A stretch of DNA of 24,000 nt, from contig NZ_VIGH01000004.1 in the NCBI RefSeq assembly GCF_006704125.1, forward strand, positions 359,529-383,528, written 5' to 3'. The notes below the pieces were generated by a model. That model ran no database searches, was not told the DNA's origin, and saw nothing but the letters and a program-made list of their open reading frames with translations. Source of the DNA: Rhodococcus spelaei. Lineage in GTDB: Bacteria; Actinomycetota; Actinomycetes; Mycobacteriales; Mycobacteriaceae. Shown here piece after piece: positions 1 through 7,455 of this stretch (position 1 is the first letter of the stretch; each line of letters opens with the position of its first letter). Position numbers and translations under genes: made by a program.

Positions 1-550
1 ATTCCTGTCGAAGTCCCTCGGTGATCGCCCACGCCGCGTACTTCGTCGCGCAATAGACGGCAGCGGTCGGCGACACCTGGTGTGCACCGATACTCGCGAT
101 GGTCACCACATGGCCACTGCCTTGGGCTTGCAGGCGTGGGAGTACCTCGGCGATTCCGTACAGCAGCCCACGGACGTTCACATCAATCATCCGCTCCCAT
201 TCGTCGACCAGTAGCGAGTCCAGTCGCGACAGCGGCATCACGCCCGCGTTCCCGATGAACACGTCGACTCGTCCGTACTTCTCGACGGCCGTCTGGACGA
301 AGCGCGCGACGTCCGCGCGGTCGGTGACGTCGAGCCGGACGGGGAGGACCTCACCGGCCGCGTCTCGGTCCGTCGCGACACGCTCGGAGAGGGCCGCGAG
401 CCGGTCGGTGCGGCGCGCGCCTGCGACTACGAGATGTCCTCGGCGGGCGAGCCGTTCGGCGATCGCCGAGCCGATACCGCTGCTGGCCCCGGTGACGAGG
501 ACGACTTTCTGGTTGTCCGACCGCTGATTGCCTGAAGTGTTCGATGTCAT
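1..550 (-). CDS. Short-chain dehydrogenase/reductase (SDR), N-terminal ~183 codons; the 3' end lies beyond the left window edge
   Basis: Absent from the ORF track because there is no stop in the window. Reverse-strand ATG at 548-550. My translation MTSNTSGNQRSDNQKVVLVTGASSGIGSAIAERLARRGHLVVAGARR...NAGVMPLS...YCATKYAAWAITEGLRQE shows the TGxxxGIG Rossmann motif, NAG, and the YxxxK catalytic motif. Confidence 0.85.
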   Translation of the reverse strand, partial: MTSNTSGNQRSDNQKVVLVTGASSGIGSAIAERLARRGHLVVAGARRTDRLAALSERVATDRDAAGEVLPVRLDVTDRADVARFVQTAVEKYGRVDVFIGNAGVMPLSRLDSLLVDEWERMIDVNVRGLLYGIAEVLPRLQAQGSGHVVTIASIGAHQVSPTAAVYCATKYAAWAITEGLRQE

Positions 551-639
551 GGGAGCAATGCTGGCGGGGATCGGTTCGCGGCGGCAGGCAGCGGTTTTCC
601 TGGGTGTCACGCACCCACGCTCGCAGTCCAGGTCCGACG

Positions 640-645
640 TAGTGT
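640..645 (+). promoter_or_regulatory. Candidate -10 hexamer TAGTGT positioned for a leaderless mRNA of the MmyB-like regulator
   Basis: A TANNNT hexamer lies 6 nt upstream of ATG 652 with no Shine-Dalgarno sequence between them. The same geometry recurs at several other genes in this window. Confidence 0.35.
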
Positions 646-651
646 GGCCGC

Positions 652-1539
652 ATGGATTCCGACAATCGTCTGGGGGACTATCTGCGGGCCCGCCGCGCGG
701 TGACCTCGCCGCAGGAGGCTGGATTGCCGTTCGGCGGACGCCGGCGGACGCCGGGGCTCCGCCGGGAAGAGGTTGCGGTGATGGCCGGGGTCAGTACCGA
801 CTACTACGTACGGCTCGAGCAAGGGCGGGAGCGGAACCCGTCCGCGCAGGTGCTCGAGGCGCTGGCCCGGGTGCTCCGGCTGAGCGATGAAGCGACAGCG
901 TATCTGCACGGGTTGGGTCGCCCGGTGGCCCGCCGTGTCTGGGCAGGGGATCAGGTAAGCGAGAACCTGCAGGCGCTCATGCGGTCCTGGCCGGATACCC
1001 CGGCGGTGGTGATGGGGCAGCGGATGGAAGTGCTGGCCGCGAATCCGCTGGGGCAGGCGCTGTTCGACTGGCTCGGTGCGGAAGGCAGTCTGGTCCGCGC
1101 GATCTTCCTGCATCCCGCAGCCCGCGATTTCTATCGCGACTGGTCCACGGTCGCGGAAAACTGTGTGGCCTCGCTGCGACTGCACCGGGATCCGGCCGAT
1201 CGCCGATTCGTGTCGCTGGTCGGTGAATTGTGCGTCCGCAGTGACGAATTCGCCGAGTTGTGGGCGCGACACGATGTTCGTGCAAAGACCTCGGAGTTCA
1301 AGCGCATGCGGCACCCCATGGTGGGTGATCTGGAACTGGTCTACGAAACTCTGACGGTGAACAGTGCGCCGGGTCAGCAACTTGTGGTGTATCACGCCGT
1401 GTCGGGGAGCAGCTCCGATGCGGCGTTGCGGATGCTCGGAAGCCTCGCCGCATCCGAGGTCCAGGGGGCATCACGGATGTGCGGTCTGCCGTGCGGCGCG
1501 CATCCCGAGACCTCCGTCCTGGGGCGACTCCGTGGCTGA
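652..1539 (+). CDS. XRE-type HTH transcriptional regulator with MmyB-like C-terminal domain
   Basis: ORF track, 295 aa. The N-terminus LGDYLRARRAVTSPQEAGLPFGGRRRTPGLRREEVAVMAGVSTDYYVRLEQGRERNPSAQVLEALARVLRL is the classic MmyB-family HTH signature. The gene is divergent from an SDR gene, a common pairing for this family. Confidence 0.82.
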   Translation: MDSDNRLGDYLRARRAVTSPQEAGLPFGGRRRTPGLRREEVAVMAGVSTDYYVRLEQGRERNPSAQVLEALARVLRLSDEATAYLHGLGRPVARRVWAGDQVSENLQALMRSWPDTPAVVMGQRMEVLAANPLGQALFDWLGAEGSLVRAIFLHPAARDFYRDWSTVAENCVASLRLHRDPADRRFVSLVGELCVRSDEFAELWARHDVRAKTSEFKRMRHPMVGDLELVYETLTVNSAPGQQLVVYHAVSGSSSDAALRMLGSLAASEVQGASRMCGLPCGAHPETSVLGRLRG

Positions 1540-1579
1540 TCGGCGAAACGGTGAGCATGCGCCACCGACCGAGAGCACC

Positions 1580-2152
1580 GTGCGTGGGGTCGACTGGTAC
1601 GGGCGAGAGCTGATCCAGGAAAGTCATACGCGGGTCGAGTTTCTCGATGTCGACATGAGCGAATCAGTCACTCGGAATACGGTTTTCACCGAATGTGCCT
1701 TCCGTAACGTGAGCTTCAGCCAATCCATTCACGCCAATACTGCGTTCCTGAACTGCACATTCACCGCCTGCCAGTTCTTCGAGGCGGAGTTCACCGGCTG
1801 CAAACTCACCGGCAGTATGTTCGATCGCTGCACGTTCTCCCTGCTCACAGCGTCCGGCGGGGACTGGTCTTTCGTCGGCCTTCCCGGTGCTGACCTGCGC
1901 GGTACCAAGTTCGCCGGGTTGCGTATGCGCGAGGTCGACCTGACTTTCGCGCGCTGCCAGAAAACTGTCTTCCGCGATGTGGACCTGTCCGGTGCATGGT
2001 TGAGCAAAGCCGACTTCACCTCCGCTGACCTGCGGGGCAGCGATATCTCATCGCTCGACCCGCTGACCACCACGATCAGCCGAGCGATCGTCGACTCGAG
2101 CCAGGCGACCGTGCTCGCGACCGCTCTCGGTGTCCAGGTCGTCCCCGGTTGA
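1580..2152 (+). CDS. Pentapeptide-repeat protein, MfpA/Qnr-like (about 190 aa)
   Basis: This is in the frame of ORF 1364..2152. GTG 1580 is the first in-frame start after the upstream stop at 1539. The sequence has consecutive A(D/N)LXX-type pentapeptides (FTECAFRNVSFSQSIHANTAFLNCTFTACQFFEAEFTGCKLTGSMFDRCTF...ADLRGTKFAGLRMREVDLTFARCQKTVFRDVDLSGAWLSKADFTSADLRGSDIS). Its length and C-terminal helix region resemble mycobacterial MfpA (183 aa). The start is uncertain because the SD is weak. Confidence 0.75.
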   Translation: MRGVDWYGRELIQESHTRVEFLDVDMSESVTRNTVFTECAFRNVSFSQSIHANTAFLNCTFTACQFFEAEFTGCKLTGSMFDRCTFSLLTASGGDWSFVGLPGADLRGTKFAGLRMREVDLTFARCQKTVFRDVDLSGAWLSKADFTSADLRGSDISSLDPLTTTISRAIVDSSQATVLATALGVQVVPG

Positions 2153-2184
2153 GGATCGCGAATCATGCAGAGCCGGTGAACGAG

Positions 2185-2664
2185 TCAGCCGAGATCACTC
2201 GCTGGCCGGAGCCCTTGCAGTAGCACTTTCACCCGCCGCTCACGCTGTTCGGGGGTACCGCCATCGGCCGCGCGCATCAAGGCGGCCACGTCGGTGGCGT
2301 CCACGTCGCCGCGCAGGACCCCCGCGCGCTGGGCGCGGGTGACCTGGACCGTGACGATGCTCGCGGTCTCGCTCTCCGCTTGCTCGCCGAGCTCGCGGCT
2401 CACGCGGGCGATCTGGTCGAACATCAGCAGATCGTCGGGGTCGAGCACGCAGCCGTTGCTGAACACGAATGCGAACGCCTGCCACGGGTCCGGCAGGCGC
2501 GAGGCCTGTTCGGCGATCTCACGGGCACCGGCACCCAGTTCCTCCAGTAGCGCCGCCAGCAGCGCGTCCTTACTGGGAAAGTGCCGGTAGAAGGTCGACG
2601 GTCCGACTCCGGCGGTCGCGGCGATCTCTTCGATACTCACCTCCATCCCCGCTGTGCGCATCAC
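2185..2664 (-). CDS. TetR/AcrR-family transcriptional regulator, apparently 5'-truncated (no canonical start upstream of helix 1)
   Basis: ORF track, 159 aa: EVSIEEIAATAGVGPSTFYRHFPSKDALLAALLEEL is a TetR HTH. TetR-like sequence (VRARLLQAARTV) continues in frame upstream to about 2697, but that stretch has no ATG/GTG/TTG. GTG 2664 and ATG 2661 are the only usable starts and would remove most of helix alpha-1. Confidence 0.7.
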   Translation of the reverse strand: MMRTAGMEVSIEEIAATAGVGPSTFYRHFPSKDALLAALLEELGAGAREIAEQASRLPDPWQAFAFVFSNGCVLDPDDLLMFDQIARVSRELGEQAESETASIVTVQVTRAQRAGVLRGDVDATDVAALMRAADGGTPEQRERRVKVLLQGLRPASDLG

Positions 2665-2730
2665 AGTGCGCGCCGCCTGGAGCAGGCGGGCGCGGACTGG
2701 CGCGTCGGCATCGACGCCGCTGGTCGGGTG

Positions 2731-3483
2731 GTCACCCCCGCCGCGGACGGTTCCGGCTCACCCGCCGGCCGGCGGGTGCTCATGCACCTGCCCGAAGGCG
2801 GCGGCGGTGCCGAGTTCGTTGCCGTCGACACAGCACGGCTGGTGGAACTGCCGGACGCAGTGGACACGCCGACCGCCGCCGCGTTGCCGTTGGCGGGTAT
2901 GGTCGCGCTGCGCTTGGTCCGGTCCGCACCGTCCCTCGCCGGGCGCAGAGTGCTGATCACCGGCGCGACCGGAGGCGTCGGCCAGTTCGTGGTCCAGCTC
3001 GCCGCCGCGCGCGGTGCGCAGGTGACCGTGCTCGCACGGCCGGAGGATGACGCCGAACATCTGACGCGCCTGGGGGCCGTCGTGGTGCGCGATGCAGTCG
3101 ATGTGCCCGATCCCGTGGATGTGCTGTTCGAATCCGTCGGTGGCGCCACCGCCGAGCAAGCCATCACGCGACTCGGTCGGAACGGGCTGGTGCTGTGGTT
3201 CGGCCAGGCGGGCGGGAAACCCATCACCTTGGACTTCTTCGAGCTTCTCGACGGCCGCTCGTCGTTGACGGTGCGCCATTTCGTCTACTCGGACCTTCCT
3301 GACGCCGACGACGCGCGAGACCTGGCCGAACTGGTGCGGATCACCGCCACCGGCGTGCTGACAGCCGAGATCGGCCTCTTGGAACCGTGGTCCGCCACCG
3401 CGGCGGCGTTGGAAGCCGTTCGTAGCGGCCGACTTCCGGGCAAGGTCGTGCTCACCATCGACAAGGACGACAACCATGTATGA
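2731..3483 (+). CDS. MDR-superfamily (quinone oxidoreductase / zinc-binding dehydrogenase-like) protein lacking about 60 N-terminal residues; pseudogene candidate
   Basis: This is in the frame of ORF 2581..3483. Family similarity begins only at about 2701 (GIDAAGRVV...GRRVL, then LITGATGGVGQFVVQLAAARGAQV as the Rossmann GxxGxxG, and a C-terminal SGRLPGKVVL). Positions 2581-2697 are antisense to the TetR HTH and are not credible coding sequence. GTG 2731 is the first plausible start. Confidence 0.6.
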   Translation, partial: VTPAADGSGSPAGRRVLMHLPEGGGGAEFVAVDTARLVELPDAVDTPTAAALPLAGMVALRLVRSAPSLAGRRVLITGATGGVGQFVVQLAAARGAQVTVLARPEDDAEHLTRLGAVVVRDAVDVPDPVDVLFESVGGATAEQAITRLGRNGLVLWFGQAGGKPITLDFFELLDGRSSLTVRHFVYSDLPDADDARDLAELVRITATGVLTAEIGLLEPWSATAAALEAVRSGRLPGKVVLTIDKDDNHV

Positions 3484-3913
3484 CACCGCTGCCGATGACA
3501 TCGCCGTGGTGCGCACGCTGATCGATCGAGAGGCGACGGGCGACGTGTCAGCGATCCTGGATCTGGTTGCAGTCGACGTGGTGTTCGACATGCCGTTCGC
3601 GCCCGGCGGTGCGGGTCGAATCGAGGGCGCCGCAGCCCTCGGTGAGGCGCTCACCGTCGGGATCGGCATGTATCAGGAATGGACGATGGCCCTGACGAGC
3701 GCGGAAACCGGCGGCCGTGGTGTGGTGTTCGCCGAATACACCGCTGCCGCGCGTACGACCACCGGTTTCGACTACCACCAGCACTACATCGGCCGTTTCA
3801 TCCTCTCCGGTGGCCGAATCACAGGCTGGCGCGAGTGGTTCAATCCCCTTTCGCTGCAGGCGGCCATAGCCTCGCTGAGAGTGGGTGAAAGTCCGTCGGC
3901 GCCGACTCTGTGA
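3476..3913 (+). CDS. NTF2-like / SnoaL-like (ketosteroid isomerase fold) small protein
   Basis: ORF track, 145 aa. Size and pattern (IAVVRTLIDREATGDVSAILDLVAVDVVFDMPF...HYIGRFILSGGRITGWREWFNP) are typical of SnoaL/PhzA-B-like NTF2 proteins. The ATG overlaps the upstream stop by 8 nt (ATGTATGA at 3476-3483). Confidence 0.65.
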   Translation: MYDTAADDIAVVRTLIDREATGDVSAILDLVAVDVVFDMPFAPGGAGRIEGAAALGEALTVGIGMYQEWTMALTSAETGGRGVVFAEYTAAARTTTGFDYHQHYIGRFILSGGRITGWREWFNPLSLQAAIASLRVGESPSAPTL

Positions 3914-3965
3914 GCGTGGGGACTGCCCCCCCGCCGCCCGCCACCAGCCTGACGGCCGGGTTCAT

Positions 3966-4559
3966 CTAGTCGAGCCGGCCGAAGCCGACCACCGCCGAAT
4001 CCGAGGCCCAGTCGAGGTCGTGCACGCGAATCTTGCCGAGTTCGTTGCCGCCCACGGTCGTTGCGGTGTCCCCGTCGACTGCCACGACGATGTTGGTGTG
4101 CTGGCCCACCCAGCTGCTGTTGTCGTAGAGCACCACATCGCCGACCGCCGGCCGGTAGCCCTCGCCGGCCTTCTCGAACCGTCCCTGGGAGGCGTAGTAC
4201 TCCCGCAGCGTGTACACGCCGGGGATCCGCCAGTGCCCGGAGTTCGGGTTCGACAGCGGCAGGTCGGCCTCGCGCATGATCCAGCTGACGAAGTCGGCAC
4301 ACCACGGTTCCTCCGTACCTTCGGCGTAGAAGGTGCCGGGGCGTTGCGCGCGGTGCTCGGCGTCGAGGAGGTCGACGATCCGGGCCTGCGACTGCGAGAG
4401 TGCGGCCCGGTCGACGGTCGGGAAGTCGGCGGTGTCCCAGGGCAGGTAGCGGCTCGGCGCCAGCCACAGCACGCCGGTCGCGACGACGGCGACCGCGGCG
4501 AGGAGCGCCGTGACCCAGAGGGCGCGGCGACGGCGGCGAGGCTGCGGCGGCGTGGTCAC
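3966..4559 (-). CDS. Membrane-anchored CHAP-domain protein (probable peptidoglycan amidase/peptidase)
   Basis: ORF track, 197 aa with a GTG start. It has an Arg-rich N-terminus plus a TM helix (ALWVTALLAAVAVVATGVLWL). The CHAP catalytic Cys context is PWCADFVSW and the His context is GQHTNIVVAV. Confidence 0.8.
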   Translation of the reverse strand: MTTPPQPRRRRRALWVTALLAAVAVVATGVLWLAPSRYLPWDTADFPTVDRAALSQSQARIVDLLDAEHRAQRPGTFYAEGTEEPWCADFVSWIMREADLPLSNPNSGHWRIPGVYTLREYYASQGRFEKAGEGYRPAVGDVVLYDNSSWVGQHTNIVVAVDGDTATTVGGNELGKIRVHDLDWASDSAVVGFGRLD

Positions 4560-4566
4560 GGTGTCG

Positions 4567-4572
4567 AATGTA
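4567..4572 (-). promoter_or_regulatory. Candidate -10 hexamer TACATT (minus strand) positioned for a leaderless CHAP mRNA
   Basis: The reverse complement of AATGTA at 4567-4572 lies 7 nt upstream of GTG 4559, with no SD. Confidence 0.3.
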
Positions 4573-4602
4573 GCGGGTGGAGTGATTCGAAAGCCGACAA
4601 AG

Positions 4603-4621
4603 TTGAGCGGAACAGACTCAA
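4603..4621 (+). promoter_or_regulatory. HspR-associated inverted repeat (HAIR)-like operator upstream of clpB
   Basis: The sequence is gTTGAGc-GGAACAG-ACTCAAc. The HAIR consensus is CTTGAGT-N7-ACTCAAG. The match is 5/7 and 6/7 with exact N7 spacing, about 115 nt upstream of the clpB start. Confidence 0.6.
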
Positions 4622-4634
4622 CCTTTCGTGCGTT
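4609..4634 (+). promoter_or_regulatory. ECF sigma (SigH/SigE/SigR-type) promoter GGAACA-N16-CGTTG overlapping the HAIR element
   Basis: GGAAC at 4609-4613, an 18-nt gap, and GTT at 4632-4634 fit the GGAA(C/T)-N18-GTT architecture of actinobacterial SigH/SigR promoters. clpB is a SigH-regulon member in mycobacteria. Confidence 0.5.
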
Positions 4635-4735
4635 GGAGAAGGTGACAGCGCCGAGCGGCCATGCCTAGGCTCGGCAGTGACATCACCGTCGCTGCGCTCG
4701 CAGACGACGACCTATGTCTTCCGAAGGGGTGACAA

Positions 4736-7288
4736 GTGGACTCGTTCTCTCCGACCACCAAGACTCAGGCTGCCATGTCGGCCGCACTGCAGTCTGCTTC
4801 CGCCGCCGGCAACCCGGACATCCGCCCGGCGCACCTGCTCGCAGCACTGCTGGACCAGACCGACGGCATTGCGGCACCGCTGCTCAAGGCCGTCGGTGTC
4901 GACCCGGCCGTCGTGCACCGCGAGGCGCAGACCATGGTGGACCGGCTGCCGAAGGCCACCGGTGCCACCACCACACCGCAGTTGGGGCGCGAGTCGCTGG
5001 CCGCGCTGACCGCCGCGCAGCACCTCGCGACGGAGATGGACGACGAGTACGTCTCCACCGAACACGTCCTCTACGGACTCGCGTCCGGTGACTCCGATGT
5101 CGCGAAACTCCTTGTCGGACACGGTGCTACCCCGCAGGCGCTGCGTGAGGCTTTCACGGCGGTCCGCGGCAGCGCGCGGGTGACCAGTCCCGACCCGGAG
5201 GGCAGCTACCAGGCGCTCGAGAAGTACAGCACCGACCTCACCGAGGCCGCCCGTGCTGGCAAGCTCGACCCGGTGATCGGCCGCGACACCGAGATTCGTC
5301 GCGTCGTACAGGTACTCAGCCGCCGCACCAAGAACAACCCGGTGCTCATCGGCGAGCCCGGTGTCGGCAAGACCGCCATCGTCGAGGGCCTGGCCCAGCG
5401 GATCGTCGCGGGCGACGTGCCGGAGTCGTTGCGCGGCAAGACCGTCGTCTCCCTCGACCTCGGTTCGATGGTCGCGGGCGCGAAGTACCGCGGCGAGTTC
5501 GAGGAACGACTCAAGGCCGTCCTCGACGACATCAAGAACTCGGCCGGACAGGTCATCACCTTCATCGACGAGCTGCACACCATCGTCGGTGCGGGCGCGA
5601 CCGGCGAATCGGCCATGGACGCGGGCAACATGATCAAACCGATGCTGGCCCGCGGCGAGCTGAGACTGGTCGGCGCGACCACCCTCGAGGAGTACCGGAA
5701 GTACATCGAGAAGGACGCCGCCCTCGAACGGCGTTTCCAGCAGGTGCTCGTCGGCGAACCGTCCGTCGAGGACACCGTCGGCATCCTCCGTGGGCTCAAG
5801 GAGCGCTACGAGGTACACCACGGCGTGCGGATCACCGACTCCGCACTCGTTGCGGCGGCGACCCTTTCGGACCGCTACATCACCTCGAGGTTCCTGCCCG
5901 ACAAGGCCATCGACCTCGTGGACGAGGCGGCGTCGCGGCTGCGGATGGAGATCGACTCGCGCCCCGTCGAGATCGACGAGGTCGAGCGCACCGTCCGCAG
6001 GCTCGAGATCGAGGAGGTGGCGCTCGAGAAGGAGACCGACGCGGCCTCCAAGGCACGCCTGGAGAAGCTGCGCCAGGAACTCGCCGACGACCGCGAGAAG
6101 CTGAACCAGCTCAGCACGCGTTGGCAGAACGAGAAGTCGGCCATCGACTCGGTCCGCGAGATCAAGGAGCAGCTGGAATCGCTTCGCGGCGAGTCGGATC
6201 GGGCCGAGCGCGACGGCGACCTCGGTAAGGCCGCCGAGCTGCGCTACGGGCGGATCCCCGAGCTGGAGAAGCGGCTCGACGCGGCGGTCGAGGCGTCCGG
6301 CGGCGCCAGCGACGGCGACGTGATGCTCAAGGAGGAGGTCGGGCCCGACGACGTCGCGGACGTGGTCGCGGCGTGGACCGGGATCCCCGCGGGCCGGATG
6401 ATGGAGGGCGAGACCGCGAAGCTCCTGCGGATGGAGTCCGAACTCGGCAAGCGGGTGGTCGGACAGTCCGAGGCCGTGCAAGCCGTCTCGGATGCGGTGC
6501 GCCGGGCCCGCGCGGGAGTGGCGGACCCGAATCGGCCGACCGGCTCGTTCCTGTTCCTCGGGCCGACCGGCGTCGGCAAGACCGAGCTCGCGAAGGCGTT
6601 GGCGGACTTCCTGTTCGACGACGAGCGGGCGATGGTGCGGATCGACATGTCCGAGTACGGCGAGAAGCACTCGGTCGCGCGGCTGGTCGGCGCGCCGCCC
6701 GGCTACGTCGGCTACGAGGCGGGCGGCCAGCTGACCGAGGCCGTGCGCAGGCGCCCGTACACGGTGGTGCTGTTCGACGAGGTGGAGAAGGCGCACCCCG
6801 ACGTGTTCGACATCCTGCTGGCGGTCCTCGACGAGGGGCGTCTGACCGACGGTCAGGGCCGGACGGTGGACTTCCGCAACACCATCCTGATCCTCACCTC
6901 CAACCTCGGTGCCGGCGGTGACAAGGAACAGGTGATGGAAGCGGTGCGCCACGCCTTCAAGCCGGAGTTCATCAACCGGCTCGACGACGTGGTGGTCTTC
7001 GATCCGCTCTCCGAGGAGCAGCTCGAGTCGATCGTCGACATCCAGCTGGGTCAGCTGGCCAAGCGGCTCGCCGCACGGCGGCTGACGCTGGAGGTCTCGC
7101 AGCCGGCGAAGGCGTGGCTGGCCAAGCGCGGCTACGACCCGCTGTACGGGGCCCGACCGCTGCGCAGGCTGGTGCAGCAGGCGATCGGCGACCAGCTGGC
7201 AAAGCTGTTGCTGGCGGGCGAGATTCACGACGGCGACACGGTTCCGGTGAACGTCTCCGTCGACGGTGAACGATTGGTGCTGGGTTGA
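4736..7288 (+). CDS. clpB: ATP-dependent chaperone/disaggregase ClpB
   Basis: ORF track, 850 aa. It has the Clp N-domain repeats, two AAA+ modules ([18 protein letters not shown] and [15 protein letters not shown] Walker A motifs), and a long coiled-coil middle domain. The start is GTG with SD GAAGGGG 7 nt upstream. Confidence 0.97.
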   Translation: MDSFSPTTKTQAAMSAALQSASAAGNPDIRPAHLLAALLDQTDGIAAPLLKAVGVDPAVVHREAQTMVDRLPKATGATTTPQLGRESLAALTAAQHLATEMDDEYVSTEHVLYGLASGDSDVAKLLVGHGATPQALREAFTAVRGSARVTSPDPEGSYQALEKYSTDLTEAARAGKLDPVIGRDTEIRRVVQVLSRRTKNNPVLIGEPGVGKTAIVEGLAQRIVAGDVPESLRGKTVVSLDLGSMVAGAKYRGEFEERLKAVLDDIKNSAGQVITFIDELHTIVGAGATGESAMDAGNMIKPMLARGELRLVGATTLEEYRKYIEKDAALERRFQQVLVGEPSVEDTVGILRGLKERYEVHHGVRITDSALVAAATLSDRYITSRFLPDKAIDLVDEAASRLRMEIDSRPVEIDEVERTVRRLEIEEVALEKETDAASKARLEKLRQELADDREKLNQLSTRWQNEKSAIDSVREIKEQLESLRGESDRAERDGDLGKAAELRYGRIPELEKRLDAAVEASGGASDGDVMLKEEVGPDDVADVVAAWTGIPAGRMMEGETAKLLRMESELGKRVVGQSEAVQAVSDAVRRARAGVADPNRPTGSFLFLGPTGVGKTELAKALADFLFDDERAMVRIDMSEYGEKHSVARLVGAPPGYVGYEAGGQLTEAVRRRPYTVVLFDEVEKAHPDVFDILLAVLDEGRLTDGQGRTVDFRNTILILTSNLGAGGDKEQVMEAVRHAFKPEFINRLDDVVVFDPLSEEQLESIVDIQLGQLAKRLAARRLTLEVSQPAKAWLAKRGYDPLYGARPLRRLVQQAIGDQLAKLLLAGEIHDGDTVPVNVSVDGERLVLG

Positions 7289-7293
7289 CGCAC

Positions 7294-7328
7294 GACGGCG
7301 GGATCGTCGTGGTGACGATCCCGCCGTC
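7294..7328 (+). terminator. Stem-loop downstream of clpB (15-bp perfect stem, 5-nt loop)
   Basis: GACGGCGGGATCGTC-gtggt-GACGATCCCGCCGTC begins 6 nt after the clpB stop. It lacks a U-tract, as is common in actinobacteria. Confidence 0.6.
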
Positions 7329-7342
7329 GGGTGGGTAGAACA

Positions 7343-7381
7343 CAGGCGCGCGGTCCGGAGGGTTGGTGGACCGCGCGCCTG
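7343..7381. terminator. Second stem-loop in the convergent clpB/porin gap (14-bp perfect stem, 11-nt loop)
   Basis: CAGGCGCGCGGTCC-ggagggttggt-GGACCGCGCGCCTG, followed by CGTTTC. It could terminate either convergent transcript. Confidence 0.5.
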
Positions 7382-7455
7382 CGTTTCAGTACACCCGGCG
7401 CTGGCTCGTGAGGGGCGAGACCGTCAGTGGCCGGGTGCGTCTGGGGTGGGGGCGA

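Noticed and set aside
2469-3050. 193-aa plus-strand Arg-rich ORF and other overlapping ORFs in the TetR/oxidoreductase region
   Set aside because: Their composition (RRRRCRVRCRR-type) is typical of off-frame GC-rich translation. The region is explained by the TetR and MDR frames.
4712-7228. 838-aa ORF on the minus strand, antisense to clpB
   Set aside because: This is a typical high-GC shadow ORF. It lies fully inside the unambiguous clpB gene, has an Arg/Leu/Gly/Asp-rich composition with no motifs, and the sense frame carries complete AAA+ signatures.
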